In this document: positions 62,458 through 64,000 of the stretch, piece after piece
How the letters are laid out: each line of letters begins with the position of its first letter
How positions within the stretch are numbered: the stretch's first letter is position 1
Assembly: GCA_963810095.1 (NCBI GenBank)
Contig: CAWEMM010000002.1
Coordinates: 160,001-224,000 of the forward strand
Length of the DNA: 64,000 nt
Source: an uncultured Chloroflexia bacterium
GTDB lineage: Bacteria > Chloroflexota > Anaerolineae > CG2-30-64-16
Direction of reading: 5' to 3'
Made by a program: the position numbers and the translations under genes
Notes under the pieces: generated by a model
The model's database searches: none
What the model saw: only the letters and a program-made list of their open reading frames with translations
What the model was told of the DNA's origin: nothing

Positions 62458-64000
62458 ATGTCACTGCTAGTCGCAACGGGCCTCGCTAAGGCGTTTGGCG
62501 CGCATGATGTATTCACGAGTATCGACCTGCGCATCGAGGCGGGGGACCGGATTGGGTTTGTCGGCGCAAACGGAGCGGGTAAGACCACGGTGCTGCGGAT
62601 CCTGGCGGGGGTCGAGGCGCAGACCGCCGGCGAGGTCGCGCGCAAGCGCGGCCTGACGGTCGGGTATCTCCCTCAGGACCCGCCGCCTCCGCGCGACCTG
62701 ACCCTGCACGCGGCCATGCTGGAGGTGTTTGCACCCGTCCTCGAGCAAGCGGCAGCGCTGCGGGCGATGGAACACCGGCTGGCCGACGCGGCGGCCCGCG
62801 GCGCGGGCAACTACGAGGAACTCCTGGCAGACTACGGCCACGCGCAGACCGATTTCGAGGTCGCGGGCGGCTATGACTACGAAACGCGCATCCGCCAGGT
62901 CCTCGGAGGGCTGGGGTTCAACGAGGACGAGCACGACAAGCAGCTGGCGCATCTGAGCGGCGGCGAGCGCACCCGTGCGCTGTTGGCGCAGCTGCTGCTC
63001 CAGCGGCCCGACCTGCTGCTCCTCGACGAGCCGACGAACCACCTGGACCTGGAAGCGGTCGAATGGCTGGAAGACACGATGCTGCGCTGGCCCGGCGCGC
63101 TGGTCGTCGTTGCCCACGACCGCTACTTCTTGGACAAGGTTGCCAATCGCGTCTGGGACATGAACTTTGGACGGCTCGAAGCGTACCGCGGCAACTACTC
63201 CTCGTTCCATACGCAAAAGGAGATGCGGCTTGACCGGCAGCGCCAGGAGTGGGAGTCGCAGCAGGAGTTCATCGAGAAGACCGAGGAGTTCATTCGGCGC
63301 AACCTGGCCGGCCAGCGCACCAAAGAAGCCCAGGGTCGCCGTACCCGGCTCGAGCGCTTTTTGCGCGACGAGGCGCTCGACCGTCCGTTGGATCAGCAGC
63401 AGGTGCGCCTGGGGCTGACGACGCAAATCCGGTCAGGCGACCTGGTGCTGGCGACCAAGGACTTGGCGGTCGGCTACGACCGGCCGCTGTTCTACGCCGA
63501 GGACGGCGAGATCCGGCGCGGGGACCGAGTCGCCTTGATCGGGCCGAACGGAGCCGGCAAGACTACCTTGCTGAAGACCGTGCTCGGCCAAATTCCACCG
63601 CTGCAGGGCAAAGTGCGTTTCGGCGCCAGCGTCGAGGTGGGTTATTTGGCGCAGGCGCAGGCAGGGCTGGATCCGGACGAAACGGTCCTCGACTCGATCC
63701 TGGACGTGCGCAACCTGCCGCTGGCCCAAGCGCGGAACTTTCTGGGGCAGTTTTTGTTCCGGGGCGATGACGTCTTCCGGACCGTTGGGACGTTGAGCGG
63801 CGGGCAGCGGAGCCGGGTGGCGCTGGCGCGGCTGACCCTGCAAGGCGCCAACTTCCTGCTGCTGGACGAGCCGACAAACCATCTCGACCTGGATACGCAG
63901 GAGATTCTGGAGCAGGTGCTCAAGCAGTTTCCCGGTACGGCCCTGCTCGTCACCCATGACCGCTGGCTCGTGCAGTCGCTGGCCACCCAGGTGTGGCGGG
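62458..64000 (+). CDS. ABC-F family ATPase (3' end outside window)
   Basis: MSLLVATG start; two ABC cassettes GANGAGKTT/LSGGERTR/LLDEPTNHLD and GPNGAGKTT/LSGGQRSR/LLDEPTNHLD; no TM; TATAAT at 62429; absent from ORF track because no stop in window. Confidence 0.93.
   Translation, partial: MSLLVATGLAKAFGAHDVFTSIDLRIEAGDRIGFVGANGAGKTTVLRILAGVEAQTAGEVARKRGLTVGYLPQDPPPPRDLTLHAAMLEVFAPVLEQAAALRAMEHRLADAAARGAGNYEELLADYGHAQTDFEVAGGYDYETRIRQVLGGLGFNEDEHDKQLAHLSGGERTRALLAQLLLQRPDLLLLDEPTNHLDLEAVEWLEDTMLRWPGALVVVAHDRYFLDKVANRVWDMNFGRLEAYRGNYSSFHTQKEMRLDRQRQEWESQQEFIEKTEEFIRRNLAGQRTKEAQGRRTRLERFLRDEALDRPLDQQQVRLGLTTQIRSGDLVLATKDLAVGYDRPLFYAEDGEIRRGDRVALIGPNGAGKTTLLKTVLGQIPPLQGKVRFGASVEVGYLAQAQAGLDPDETVLDSILDVRNLPLAQARNFLGQFLFRGDDVFRTVGTLSGGQRSRVALARLTLQGANFLLLDEPTNHLDLDTQEILEQVLKQFPGTALLVTHDRWLVQSLATQVWR

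Overview
GC-rich bacterial chromosomal window of mostly housekeeping genes. Many Pro/Thr/Ala-linker lipoproteins, an LPxTG-like protein and a mevalonate-type isopentenyl phosphate kinase suggest Chloroflexota (Anaerolineae/Caldilineae-like); this is inference. Content: a maltodextrin-type ABC system with a GH13 hydrolase, ftsK, tRNA-Val(TAC), selA, rseP, xseAB, an ECF sigma/anti-sigma/ABC module, a split B12 acyl-CoA mutase with meaB, and both aconitase-X subunits. About ten genes carry single-base frameshifts, most likely assembly errors. Highlights: (1) three ORFs at 59.0-61.1 kb are one in-frame 680-aa triple-DsbA lipoprotein with two UGA codons exactly at catalytic Cys positions (DFQ-U-PFC twice), i.e. 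a double-selenocysteine protein, with selA in the same window; (2) two tandem paralogous putative sRNA genes at 36.7-37.1 kb, each with promoter, anti-Shine-Dalgarno CCUCCUCC seed and a covarying terminator; (3) components of an archaeal-type mevalonate pathway; (4) two families of intergenic palindromic repeats, several apparently leaderless genes and an unannotated 39-aa membrane protein. No transposase, integrase, prophage or CRISPR array was seen.
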